The notes beneath the pieces were generated by a model. That model did no database searches. It was not told where the DNA came from and saw only the letters and a list, made by a program, of their open reading frames with translations. This document shows, one piece after another, positions 9,301 through 17,286 of a DNA stretch of 54,562 nucleotides. A program made the position numbers and the translations under genes. This stretch comes from Candidatus Omnitrophota bacterium (GTDB lineage: Bacteria > Omnitrophota > Gorgyraeia > Gygaellales > Profunditerraquicolaceae), in assembly GCA_023247825.1 (NCBI GenBank), contig JAHFFR010000004.1:1-54562 (forward strand). The letters are read 5' to 3'. Within the stretch, counting starts at the first letter, position 1. The number at the start of each line of letters is the position of its first letter.

Positions 9301-10089
9301 ATGTCCATATAAGTTGGGAAGATAACTATTACTCTTTATTTTTTGATAAAAATTCCCTTGGCCTATTGCCCACCACTCAAGCCCCGCCAAAGCATCCATT
9401 CCTTCAACAAAACCCGTCAAGCCATGTGCCACACTACCCGCTATCATAACAGCCGGACTCCACAGCGGCAGTGGCTTTGAACGAGTAGTGTCCCCCAAAG
9501 GAATAGTCCTATCGGTAAATTGTTCCGGTCTTAATTTTGCATTAGTTAATTTAGGAACATTATCGAAATTATATACTATTCCATTGTTTAAAGAGGTGCC
9601 GGAAGAAAGCGTATTTTGAGTTGAAAGCGCGGGCAAAGAAGAAATGGAGGAATTTAAGGCTTGAGAACGTACGGGAGATTGTATAGGCGTAGATTGCTGA
9701 GAATACTTCTGAGGATTATTAGCCGGCAAATTCCTGTAGTTATTAATTGCGTTTATGCCTAACTTGCTGACGATAACGCTGGTTGGGGAAGAAATAAAAT
9801 CGCTTGGGGATATTCCAGTAACAGACTTGACTGCGCTATAGACATTAGTTGCGGCGGTATAGGTATTCTGGGCTTTGGAGACGTAAGACTGGGCGGTGGA
9901 ACTATAATATTCGGCCGCAGACTTAATGCTTAATTGACTAGGGGGCCGACCGGATTTAAGATCTTCGATAATCCCGGCGAAACACAACTGCTGAGGCAAA
10001 AAAACAGCCACTACTAATAAGGCAACTGGCCTCATCCAGAGTTTTCCCTGCCAGGCGCTTCTAAATCCTTTTTCTTCTTTCATAAACAA
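3307..10089 (-). CDS. Large exported protein (2,260 aa) with an S/T/N/G-rich N-terminal half and a divergent SecA-like helicase-motor domain
   Basis: N-terminal hydrophobic signal (RPVALLVVAVFLPQQLCFA); SecA-like motifs in colinear order (see domain feature). Start is TTG at 10089 or ATG at 10083. Confidence 0.85.
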   Translation of the reverse strand: MFMKEEKGFRSAWQGKLWMRPVALLVVAVFLPQQLCFAGIIEDLKSGRPPSQLSIKSAAEYYSSTAQSYVSKAQNTYTAATNVYSAVKSVTGISPSDFISSPTSVIVSKLGINAINNYRNLPANNPQKYSQQSTPIQSPVRSQALNSSISSLPALSTQNTLSSGTSLNNGIVYNFDNVPKLTNAKLRPEQFTDRTIPLGDTTRSKPLPLWSPAVMIAGSVAHGLTGFVEGMDALAGLEWWAIGQGNFYQKIKSNSYLPNLYGHFKVNNIDKPQIKIYGEKDYYNSVKPTEETLGFIGTLFVGGGEIKTLGITGDSLKIAREADLVSDTTKINSITKLTENIGFKQGVDYLSKGRKLLFDNRIVRPLAKYTGYTILGAGVYSLFFSSPEFRMYNSNNGQIGDLTNDFSKIQNSFTLGSLNTQRSEALVGDLLNTFSANPATQNDVKVFLESKYPDIRFDDQRILSDLTKIASLNNENTALKSKVNIVEKVLFIPDYITVKYKDTSLSIPSIPAIGYGISETISGGINSLGFPNAASFVKMVTSFNPLTGPSIGSSIGSDPAQGWNGIASFLAGMPEKTIGLRQGSTIDRLSTGDFIGLAHNFLGPIPTYFGYSTGPDYHANFGDIGGGLGTAFIIWSGGRGTKGVAGDIKINTGSFLDNIKPKVSSSLANYPQINKVVTHPSFVPAVSTAAMVGIPAVYASYQGWQDGGIGGLGKPAAAGMVLFGPSFIKNKVMPSQQGDFSINLQGIKEEKDIGLDNALSLFEQELGRENILNKNIERTGRPSAYPEDNLVSHNNIFKITSQLLDAKVGEPIILIPVMTLPAFNYNNNGQDLSKYTKKLLDFQKIYQMERKEKITKETSPEILQQKFKKYGVNQDAYNEYGFHRNEFKAMGGDFENFIANLGIYERKGAWAAEVEGFQIVEAIHKLERGQSLPDNLKRYEAFASIHIENNRIRRSINEKPLEYDPLSIGLGWSEVKDLISSNNNNPSKTIYDLACAGGKTEEAAIVMRFLSDNFPKEEILYHTSEDKLVNEFLAKPIFIGAKVNKVEPGTISSRRYPYKEGINVFDNHTLLELTSTKYLGRDGYKSYIKGRHLFTDEPQAAMQSADLVKSHKGLLQPFWKLVYRQRNEHIYKSVNGLWEITRRKLGAELNRDISLNELKNNEITAELLKKGIIRNEGYGRLVFNSEVKKMIMEEYKKSTYLDKTGARRYYDYGEDMGNVMDILAGMVAKKMAKDYYIYKVGEYCIGEANTGAQRPRTHFGGQGEGALNNLQAQMMAVKHGWDFKSFEEVLMDKTKHAANYVQALEDAKSVSGFSGTAPAYELSFDRLKIPVRQIGRNYNDMVKEKTSVLAKIQPAGDHSPVNDPMAKPKLMAKPKQVTLDKFDIILPDKSISGPKYAGDVKVKYRTSSPKVNKDKTAGDIKEASNAEIIRDDVAADAKTSLRLGSASDAKELNAAYKQSIDWQKQTKLDSDFASKDYKTILPRDIKVNLITYNTVQNIRQISQLPEDLKDKFIEMLLADRGKGSLKIKTRSEALEFITRKPDIALAKLKEFGADLDIINYQQQYIKFITDRKNNPSQKRILWMQGLIEGSNVAAKIAGDESEAKMFLFGLQPEANVLQAGERVGMIPSVARRRMTGEYKWIVRLDDLLLTSKERDALSRAKTEQEAKDILFEASQRLQLEINLQNIYKVKHTDMSPLEAARNVNSFIRKTKWDYKKTGATTVSFDSVFTAMQAMKDEDIGLLKSTFNRWVIPGSNVLNHEGAALFDLAKRLMSLSKEEKIALRNLGFSNINNRLPADGRPSLRQALKIAEFLYQKDLVYFDIDTNEILKGQLGRLVSVGGLINSFGIKVEPEEISYLVNTVKSDFAVYNLIIRKLTTAKPVLSQKLKKQLEPVIEAENKLSRTNQKINSISSAIMRQPKQSFSRNPFSYTSYNLNILKYKISSKFYERRLKKITEIGVKAITLADIDKVSGLSAANFALLLAPNLNEITNEELGAVERVDKFLLSSEINNKVDRNSISLGEIMNLAAGKMSVAEFVATHFRESDIKQYARLIFGYEDALRKHMLSYIQTLNGKVDKNIQSLQEEILAKNLGINFNAQLNLKQLRGLSAAKVSDELLLRIYLGFGVSDEEIEGIILDEQIENTVSQEKIEVSEVLSELAHLIKLKGTGIAIEEVKLKYQNHPEVVNEAVKQLNIATEAIGKIPSLRKFNQFFNERPLITTPVDMSLVRTPAEISALLPEPSSLSAPVDAAILAVKEANKGK
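5100..7150 (-). other. Divergent SecA-like (SF2 DEAD-motor) domain within the 2,260-aa protein
   Basis: Colinear matches to SecA: ACAGGKT (TGEGKT), LYHTSEDKLV (VVTVNDYLA), FTDEPQ (IVDEVD), DYYIYKVGEYCIGEANTG...LQAQMMAVKHG (DYIVKDGEVIIVDEFTG...LHQAIEAKEG), SGFSGTA (AGMTGTA), NVLQAGERVG...GEYKWIVRLDDLL (DNQLRGRAG...GSSRFYLSLEDDL). Confidence 0.7.
5964..5998. repeat. 18-bp-period tandem duplication (GTTTCGGCTTAGCCATG x2), encoding MAKPKL-MAKPKQ
   Basis: Two identical 17-mers at 5964-5980 and 5982-5998. Confidence 0.9.
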
Positions 10090-10139
10090 GGAACCCCATT
10101 TCCCGATTACCTGCGAAACAGTTTCCTGTATTCTTATTT

Positions 10140-13100
10140 TTAATCTTGAGTTTCAAACTGTGTTTTATCTGTTTTTAATGCTCCGGCTTCTTTTTCAATC
10201 GCTTTGGTTCTTTCAAAGACATCAATTGCTGCTAAACGATCTTCTTTGACCGCACGCACTGCCTGCACATGGTCTCCTGATTTTAGCGCGTAAGCATTCG
10301 TACCTGCGGCAAGCTCGGCAATAGAGACCTCATTCTCCTCGGGCCCGGCTTCTTTAGAGCGATGCGATACAACCCAATCTATGCCATGCTTTTTAGCCAT
10401 CCGGATTACTTCTAAAGTTCCCAAATAGCCTTTTTCCGGATCATCAATACCCGTGGTCAAAAATCCATTCTGATTCAACTTAATCAGGATCGCTAGATTT
10501 TTCGTAACCTTGCCTGTTTCGTCAATAAATCCTCTATCTTTCAGTAATTGAATGAATTTTTGTAACCGGCCGCCTTGAGTCACAAGAAGGTCATCCCCAA
10601 TTAGTAAGGTATCATCCCCGATTGCTCCAATGAGATTCATCCATCCTTCCCAATCGTTTTCGCCTAAACCATCTTCAATAGAATCAATCGGATATTTTTT
10701 AACCCAATCCCCGTATATTTTGACTAATTCTTCCGAAGTTATCTGGCGTCCCTCAAAATTGTAAAGGTTATTATTACCCTCAACTAACATAGAAGTAGAC
10801 GCGGCATCCAACGCCAATGCAGCAGTTCCGGCTTCTCCGGAAGTAGATGGTTCATAACCGGCATTTTGAATAGCGGCTAATAAACAATTTAGAACAAATT
10901 CATGGACACCAACATTTTGTTCTTTTAAAGCGGATATATCCAAATTTTCGATTTTGTAGCTATCCGCATGCGCATAAATGTCCACTAATTTTTCTAAAGT
11001 CAGATCCTCTATTTTATAACCGCCTTCTTTACCACGTAAACTCCCTACGCCCTTATCATCAGGGTCAGCCTTTAAACCCAAGGCCTGATAAATAAGGCCA
11101 AGTTGCCGATCTATCTCATCGCACATCTTGTTTGATTCAGCTGTAGTTTTACCTCTAGCAACAATCATAAATTCCTGCATATCTAAGCTATTGTCAGCGT
11201 GCGCACCACCGTTGGTGATATTATATTGTATCTTAGTAACCGGCACACCTTTAGAGGCAAGATCAGGAGCGAGTTCACGAATGAACTCATAAGGCTGCAA
11301 ACCTTTTTGACTGGCTGCTGCCCAAGCTGCGGCCATCTGAAAAGACAACGTGGCTTCTGCGCCTAATTGGTCTTTACCCATACTCAACATAAGTTGTCCA
11401 ATTTCAACTAATTGATCAGCCCTTAAGCCTTTCTTAGTTACTTCATTTTGAATTTTAACTAAATTCTCAAGAGCCTTTTCGACGCCGACAGTCTTTGCTT
11501 CGTCCTCGCCGGTAGAGGTTCCTGCCGGAACCACAAAATGGCCTTTTGCTCCGCCAGTTAATTCAACATCCAACCTGACTGTAGGAGAACCTAAGGCAGT
11601 AGTTTGAGAAGGAATGATTTTAGCAATGCTTAATGCTTCTTTCTTGCCCACTGCAGTATTTGACAACTTAGAATGTACCCTTGCTGACTCTTTTAATGCC
11701 GCAATAGCAGGACAATCTTCGCCTATCGGGCAGGTTAATGCATCAAGGAATGAGCCGCCATCGGTATACTGGGTGAATTTTCCTTCAACACCCGCTTTCT
11801 TATTGGCTTTTTGGCTATCAGATCCAACAGATACTTTTTCTGCCGCTAATTTCGCTAATCTTTGCTGGAATTCGTTACTACCTTCAGCAAGAAGATCATT
11901 CAGATCAAACGGCCCGACAGGCCCTGATTGTAAGACCAATTTAACGCTCCCGTCTCCAAGGATGTTGAATATTTCCGTAAGCGCTTGGCCATCGAGGTCG
12001 CCAATCACATAACCCTCAGGAATATTCCCGTCCTGAATAGTTAAAATATCCTCTTTTTTTGCCGTCTTTAAATCTTTCACTACCTTTAGAGCCTTGGGAT
12101 AATATATTTCAATGCCTTTAGCTTTTGCTGCCTGGACTACTTCTTTCCACATCTCCAGAGCGTCTTTTTTAATTTCCATTTTTCCGGTAGTTTTTCCTTC
12201 TGCGGCTAAAGGATAGGCGTTAATTGCTCCGGCAACAATTACTTTATCACCTTTAAGCAACACGTTGTTTATCGCGTTCAAAAGCAGTTCTATTTTATCT
12301 TTCTTTAAGCCGGAAACAACAAATGCCGCTGCGCCTTTTTTATGCGCTTCCTCAATTAATGCCCTGACTTTATTAACTCGGCCCACAAATTCAGCTACGT
12401 TTGGCCCGGTAGCTAAAAGTATATATTTACCCGCCGCGGTGATTCGCGCATCAAAACGATGCACGTCTGCGGTGCCAAAATTAAAACCGGTAGGACCAAC
12501 CAGTAACTCCTGCCCGCCGCGATAAAGCATATCTTTTATCGCCGCTTCACGTAATACAGGATCAGCCGTTGGATTTTCACCGGCTGGGTCGCCGGCTTGC
12601 TCGCGTATATCCATTCTGCGATTTTCGGCTATTGCCCAATCACCTGGTTTTAAGTCCTTGATTATTTGGGCGTCCCGAATAATACTTGCTTCATCGGTAT
12701 CCGGTAAGAACCATACTTTGACATCTCCTTTACCCCGGTAATTCTTAATAATCCAATAGCTGGCTTCAATAAACCTTCCATTGGCGTCTTTTTGACCGAT
12801 ATATTCTTCTATACCCTGGCCGTAAACTTGTGCCCTCTGAAAAGCATACCATTTTGCAATACCAAACAAGCCTAGTTTTTCTACATACTTACCCGCAGGC
12901 CTTCCATTATGCCCAAGAATATAAAGCGCATTATTTTTAGAAAGCCTTTCCAGATTATCATAACCTTCAATCAATTTCTTATCCTGCTTATCTGAAACCT
13001 TTTCCCCTTCAATATCACCAACATCCGTGTTTAAAGTAGCATAAACCGGTTTACCGTCAGGAGACTTGAAATCTTCTAATCCTTTATTGGTATACGTAAT

Positions 13101-16100
13101 CACTCCGGCTATAGCGGGTACTTCTGCCTCTTTAGATTCTTTGGCTTTTACGCGTGCGCTCTTAAGCGGAAGCGTGGATTCAATTGCCTGGGAGATTTCG
13201 GCTAACTGCATAACATCATTTACCAACCTTGTTGAAGCTTCTCTCTCATACAAACCGGTAAGCGCGTGGATACCGTTCATATTATTAGGTATAACTATAG
13301 ATTCCTGCGGAACCGCCATCGTAATTTTAACATCTCCGCTGGGTAAGTCTAAAACCTGAACTATCGGTGTAAAAGGATGAATAACCGAAAGTTTATTAAA
13401 TAAAATATCCAGCAGGAGCGTAGCGTCAAATTTATCTTTCTTAAAATCCACTAAAGCTATCCTTGACTCCTCGCTTAAAAATTTCTTCACGGTTTCGGCT
13501 GTTAATCTTTTATCCGTCTTTTTATCAAAACCGCTGATCCACATTTCTGTAATATGGAATTTTGTCAAATGAGTATTACTTGCGTCTGTGGTTAAGGAAG
13601 GTTTATTCTTAGCTCCCTTTCTGAATGCATTGATAATTTCAGAATACGCTTCCCGTCCTTCCAAATAATCTTCAGCGTGATGATAACCTGTCTCTACGGC
13701 AGTGCCATCAGGAGATAATTTGCCTTTTTGACCGGGATCGTTTGCTCTCCGGCCCGTGGTTACCCTTACCACTAAATCCTTACTATTAGCGGTTACCCTA
13801 TCCAAAATAAAACCTTGTCCGGTAGTATTACACGAAGGAAAGAAAAGGCTATTTACTCCTCCCATTATTTTCGAATAAGGAACTTTTAACACATTAAGCG
13901 TGCCGCTGTCAAAAAATTTATTGGCAATCTTAGGATCTTCCGCGCCTTCATACATTATTTTAATGTTTGGATATTTACTATAAATATATTTTGTATTATA
14001 GGCAGCTACCGTTATTTCTTCTTTTGTCTGGGGATCCTCTGTCTCTCCATCGGTAGCATCGGTAATTAAATCTACTTCTCCGCTTTTTAATAGATCTTCC
14101 AGTATACCTTCTGTCCCAACTTTTGCTTTATCAAAAGCCTTTTTATCATCCGGGCTCAATAAATAAAGAGGGATACCAAGGCTTTGGGCGTAGCCGGCTT
14201 TTTCATTGGCAGAACGGTTTACCGTCACAACATTAAATCCCAGCTCGCGGGACTTCTTTGCCACATCGCTGCCAATCGTGCCAAATCCGAATATTAAATG
14301 GGTATATTTTGGCTGGACAATAGCTGACCATCCCCGGGCTGATTTGTTTTTGCTCTTCTTAAAAGTTAACAGTGTCGGCCTGGCACCTTTCTGGGCTAAA
14401 CCGGATTTGAATTCAAATTGGAAAAATTCATCTTTGAGAAGCCCAGTGCCCATCCATCGTTTTATACCAATTAAATTTCCTAAAACAAAATTCTCTTCTA
14501 CGACATTGGGGCTATTTGGCCCTGTCTTTGCCGTAGGGCCTTTTCTGCTTAAGAAAGATTTCAATTTCAATTCTTCACCAGCAACGGTAATTAGCTCTAA
14601 ACCTTTTCCGGTCTTTGTAGTTAATATAGAAGTATATTCCAGTAAGTTAGCATAATATTCATCTTGCATTAGCGAATTATCTTTTAATTCTGCCGAAGGA
14701 ATAGTTATTAATGTCTGGTCGTTAGCATTTTCTTTGGCCAAGGCAAAAATTCTATCGCCTTTCTTTAAGAAAAGATAAGTGTCGCCTTCTTTAGTTTTTT
14801 CTTTGAAAAACTCTTCTAATTTATTATTAGAAACCAAAATATCTTTAGTATATCCAGAGCCCACCTCTTCAGCGGCTTTTGCAACTGTTGTGCCCAAAGA
14901 ATCCGGCGAGAATGTTGACGATGCCCCTGATTGGGTTAACTGCGCCATCCTCGATTTTACAACCGGAACCTGCGGCGTAGAAATAACAATCCGAACTTTG
15001 CTTAAATCTGTACTTTTAAATATTTTTTCGAACTCGGCTAGCGGCTTTAAACCAGTTTCCTGATCTTCGGCTTTCCAGTTCATCCCGATAGTCAGAACTT
15101 TACCCCTCTTTTGGCCCTGTTTTATCGCTTCCTTAATAACTTTACCAATTACCTCGGGATCTTTAGCCGCGCCTCCGATTAAACCGCCATCGAATATGGC
15201 CAGCATTTCCTCCGCGTTTTTAGCATTCAGGCTTCCGCCATAATCTAAATCTAAAACCAGATTATTTTGGAAAATACCGGACGAAGTATCTTTAATAAAC
15301 TTTTTCACATCTTTATTTTCTTGAGCAGAAGGAGTTAAACCGGTGTTAATCGCCCAACGCGGCTCATAAGCTATTCTTAAGCCAATCAGATCAGCATCTT
15401 CTTTTGTTATACCATCTAATATTTGAGTTAAATCCTCGGCCAGTATTTTCTTGGTATTTTCAGACAAATACTTGTCGTAAACTTCTTTTCCTTTTTCCCC
15501 TTTAAAAGTTCTATCCAGAAGATACTGCGCTTTCGTTTCTCCGACACAAAGAACAGTTTGCTTAATCGGGTAACCCTTTGCCTTACTGCGGGCGATTAAA
15601 TCTTTCAACTGCACATTTACAATCTTATTGACGAGGCTACGGGCTAATAATTCAATTTCTTTATCCTGATAATCATCAATCTCATTAACAATTGAATAAA
15701 TTTTTTCCAGATAGGACAAAACTTTATTCTTCTCGTTTTCAGGCAACTTTAACACATCCAGATTTGCCGCTACTTTCAGAGAACTAATGAAATTATTCTG
15801 TATTTTATCTTTTATTGCTTTTGCTTCTTCCTCTTTTTTGGTTAAATAAACAATCCCGGAATCACGCAATATGCTTTTCAGCAAATTTGACATTGACAGT
15901 TCCAGCCGCGCTCGCGGCTCGGAATGGTTATACAACGCGCCGTCAGCTTTATTGAGCATGGCATGCCCAATATTATGGGCGCCGGTATTTGCTCCGTTAA
16001 AAAGCGTGACTTCATTGTCCAACACTAAAATTTGAGGAACTAAGCTAACAGCGGCAGGAATTATTCGTGCCGGAATTGTAGCCGGAGCGGGTTTAACTGG

Positions 16101-17255
16101 AGCAGAAACCGGCGCAGCAGCAACGGCATCATTTAAAACCAGCACGTTACGAGCCTGAACTTCTACCGGAGCCAACTCTTTGAAAGCAGAGGCAAAAACG
16201 GGCCCAAAACCTTTTCCCTGCGTTAATTTTAAAAATGAGCTAAGTGTTTTGGCTTTGACTGCGTCACGAATAAGGCCGTACATAGGCACCTTATTGTCGA
16301 GCCCAATTTCAGAGATGCTCTCAATAGGAGTATTCAGTTTTAAAACAGCGGATGTACCGGCATAGCTGGGATTAGGGCGAAAGATAATTTTTCCATTTTC
16401 TTCTTCAATTAAATATGCATAGCCGTGTTTTTCTTCAATCTTAGCAAAAATAGGTTTGACCTTTGCTGAACCGGGAATACTATTTTTACCCCCCACATCA
16501 TTAGAAATCCAATTAGCCATAACTAAGTAAGTATTCCCTACATTAACTGTGCGGTGGGAATAGCCGGGAAGCAAAACAACCTTATCGCCTGCTTTGGCAA
16601 AAGTAGCTATAACCTCTAATTTACCTTCTTCATTTTTATTTATACTCTGCTGAACATATAGTGCCTCTCCATACATAACTTCATAAATCTCAGGATACGT
16701 ATCGCCTTGGGTTGATACCGGATGTTCATGGCCTTGAGTAGCGTTCAATTGTTTTCCAAAAGATTTTCCCGGAGGCAAAACCGTAATATCATACCTTAGC
16801 CCCAATTCATTTATTTTAGCTTCATCAGCCTTATTGAAAACATCGCGGAATCCGAAATATTGTTTTTGCGGATCGCTAAGAGTATTAATTGAATTTTCGG
16901 GAACAAAACTTATAGCTATATTTTTCTCGTTATAGACTTTTGTCCATTTACCTTCGCTTTTGAATCCTGATGGGAAAGTAAGCTTTCCGGTTTTTTGATT
17001 TATCTGTAAATCAAAACCAGCCCTCTTACTAAAATTAACTAGTTCGCCAAGCACTTCTACTTCGCTTGCATTTTCTAATTCTGCGCTAATTTTTTTAACG
17101 CTATCATCACGTTTTCCATCTGTTGCCGCCGATCTACGCAATTTATCCGAATTAGCATAGCTTCTCACCGGAACGCTTGTAATAATAAAACTTACCGCTA
17201 TAATCCCGGAAATGAGTTTCGAAAATAATGTTTTCTTGGGAAACTGTATAAACAT
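10140..17255 (-). CDS. Signal-peptide-bearing five-enzyme fusion: cupin PGI - permuted TIM - unknown - class II GAPDH - PGK - enolase (2,371 aa)
   Basis: Signal MFIQFPKKTLFSKLISGIIAVSFIITSVPVRSYA, then catalytic motifs of each enzyme in series; SD TAGGAGGAAGG. Confidence 0.92.
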   Translation of the reverse strand: MFIQFPKKTLFSKLISGIIAVSFIITSVPVRSYANSDKLRRSAATDGKRDDSVKKISAELENASEVEVLGELVNFSKRAGFDLQINQKTGKLTFPSGFKSEGKWTKVYNEKNIAISFVPENSINTLSDPQKQYFGFRDVFNKADEAKINELGLRYDITVLPPGKSFGKQLNATQGHEHPVSTQGDTYPEIYEVMYGEALYVQQSINKNEEGKLEVIATFAKAGDKVVLLPGYSHRTVNVGNTYLVMANWISNDVGGKNSIPGSAKVKPIFAKIEEKHGYAYLIEEENGKIIFRPNPSYAGTSAVLKLNTPIESISEIGLDNKVPMYGLIRDAVKAKTLSSFLKLTQGKGFGPVFASAFKELAPVEVQARNVLVLNDAVAAAPVSAPVKPAPATIPARIIPAAVSLVPQILVLDNEVTLFNGANTGAHNIGHAMLNKADGALYNHSEPRARLELSMSNLLKSILRDSGIVYLTKKEEEAKAIKDKIQNNFISSLKVAANLDVLKLPENEKNKVLSYLEKIYSIVNEIDDYQDKEIELLARSLVNKIVNVQLKDLIARSKAKGYPIKQTVLCVGETKAQYLLDRTFKGEKGKEVYDKYLSENTKKILAEDLTQILDGITKEDADLIGLRIAYEPRWAINTGLTPSAQENKDVKKFIKDTSSGIFQNNLVLDLDYGGSLNAKNAEEMLAIFDGGLIGGAAKDPEVIGKVIKEAIKQGQKRGKVLTIGMNWKAEDQETGLKPLAEFEKIFKSTDLSKVRIVISTPQVPVVKSRMAQLTQSGASSTFSPDSLGTTVAKAAEEVGSGYTKDILVSNNKLEEFFKEKTKEGDTYLFLKKGDRIFALAKENANDQTLITIPSAELKDNSLMQDEYYANLLEYTSILTTKTGKGLELITVAGEELKLKSFLSRKGPTAKTGPNSPNVVEENFVLGNLIGIKRWMGTGLLKDEFFQFEFKSGLAQKGARPTLLTFKKSKNKSARGWSAIVQPKYTHLIFGFGTIGSDVAKKSRELGFNVVTVNRSANEKAGYAQSLGIPLYLLSPDDKKAFDKAKVGTEGILEDLLKSGEVDLITDATDGETEDPQTKEEITVAAYNTKYIYSKYPNIKIMYEGAEDPKIANKFFDSGTLNVLKVPYSKIMGGVNSLFFPSCNTTGQGFILDRVTANSKDLVVRVTTGRRANDPGQKGKLSPDGTAVETGYHHAEDYLEGREAYSEIINAFRKGAKNKPSLTTDASNTHLTKFHITEMWISGFDKKTDKRLTAETVKKFLSEESRIALVDFKKDKFDATLLLDILFNKLSVIHPFTPIVQVLDLPSGDVKITMAVPQESIVIPNNMNGIHALTGLYEREASTRLVNDVMQLAEISQAIESTLPLKSARVKAKESKEAEVPAIAGVITYTNKGLEDFKSPDGKPVYATLNTDVGDIEGEKVSDKQDKKLIEGYDNLERLSKNNALYILGHNGRPAGKYVEKLGLFGIAKWYAFQRAQVYGQGIEEYIGQKDANGRFIEASYWIIKNYRGKGDVKVWFLPDTDEASIIRDAQIIKDLKPGDWAIAENRRMDIREQAGDPAGENPTADPVLREAAIKDMLYRGGQELLVGPTGFNFGTADVHRFDARITAAGKYILLATGPNVAEFVGRVNKVRALIEEAHKKGAAAFVVSGLKKDKIELLLNAINNVLLKGDKVIVAGAINAYPLAAEGKTTGKMEIKKDALEMWKEVVQAAKAKGIEIYYPKALKVVKDLKTAKKEDILTIQDGNIPEGYVIGDLDGQALTEIFNILGDGSVKLVLQSGPVGPFDLNDLLAEGSNEFQQRLAKLAAEKVSVGSDSQKANKKAGVEGKFTQYTDGGSFLDALTCPIGEDCPAIAALKESARVHSKLSNTAVGKKEALSIAKIIPSQTTALGSPTVRLDVELTGGAKGHFVVPAGTSTGEDEAKTVGVEKALENLVKIQNEVTKKGLRADQLVEIGQLMLSMGKDQLGAEATLSFQMAAAWAAASQKGLQPYEFIRELAPDLASKGVPVTKIQYNITNGGAHADNSLDMQEFMIVARGKTTAESNKMCDEIDRQLGLIYQALGLKADPDDKGVGSLRGKEGGYKIEDLTLEKLVDIYAHADSYKIENLDISALKEQNVGVHEFVLNCLLAAIQNAGYEPSTSGEAGTAALALDAASTSMLVEGNNNLYNFEGRQITSEELVKIYGDWVKKYPIDSIEDGLGENDWEGWMNLIGAIGDDTLLIGDDLLVTQGGRLQKFIQLLKDRGFIDETGKVTKNLAILIKLNQNGFLTTGIDDPEKGYLGTLEVIRMAKKHGIDWVVSHRSKEAGPEENEVSIAELAAGTNAYALKSGDHVQAVRAVKEDRLAAIDVFERTKAIEKEAGALKTDKTQFETQD
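10200..11640 (-). other. eno: Enolase domain
   Basis: GSPTV, VPAGTSTG, NGGAHADN, QEFMI, KEGGY, LDAAS, SIEDG, GDDL, LIKLNQ, SHRS, LKSG; all catalytic and metal residues are recognisable. Confidence 0.93.
11690..13050 (-). other. pgk: Phosphoglycerate kinase domain (divergent)
   Basis: LNTDV, GHNGRP, ENRRM, FGTADVHR, SGLKKDK, SGPVGPFD, GSDS, TDGGSFL are colinear with PGK motifs but several are substituted. Confidence 0.82.
13190..14310 (-). other. gap: Class II (archaeal-type) phosphorylating GAPDH domain
   Basis: GFGTIG, LITDAT, YEGAE, catalytic SCNTT, RRANDP, HH, QESIVIPNN: the class II signature rather than class I. Confidence 0.88.
14950..16040 (-). other. tpiA: Triosephosphate isomerase domain, circularly permuted, with a helical insertion
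   Basis: GANTG, HSE, VLCVGET, IAYEPRWAINTG, YGGS, LIGGA, followed by the normally N-terminal GMNWK segment. Confidence 0.88.
16350..16900 (-). other. pgi: Cupin-type (archaeal-type) glucose-6-phosphate isomerase domain
   Basis: TQGHEH...YPEIYEV.YGEA...LPGYSHRTVNVG...NPSY; metal ligands H-x-H, E and H are present. Confidence 0.85.
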
Positions 17256-17286
17256 TTTTCCTTCCTCCTATTTATAATTTTTTACT

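Noticed and set aside
10106-10135. GAAACAGTTTC palindrome between the five-enzyme gene and the SecA-like gene as a third LacI operator
   Set aside because: It has odd symmetry without the central CG, and no adjacent promoter was found.
7961-15190. DGG tripeptides in the 2,260-aa (QDGG) and 2,371-aa (FDGG, TDGG) proteins
   Set aside because: They lie inside domains (TIM DGxLVGG equivalent, PGK C-terminal Gly loop) or are single occurrences, and do not delimit modules.
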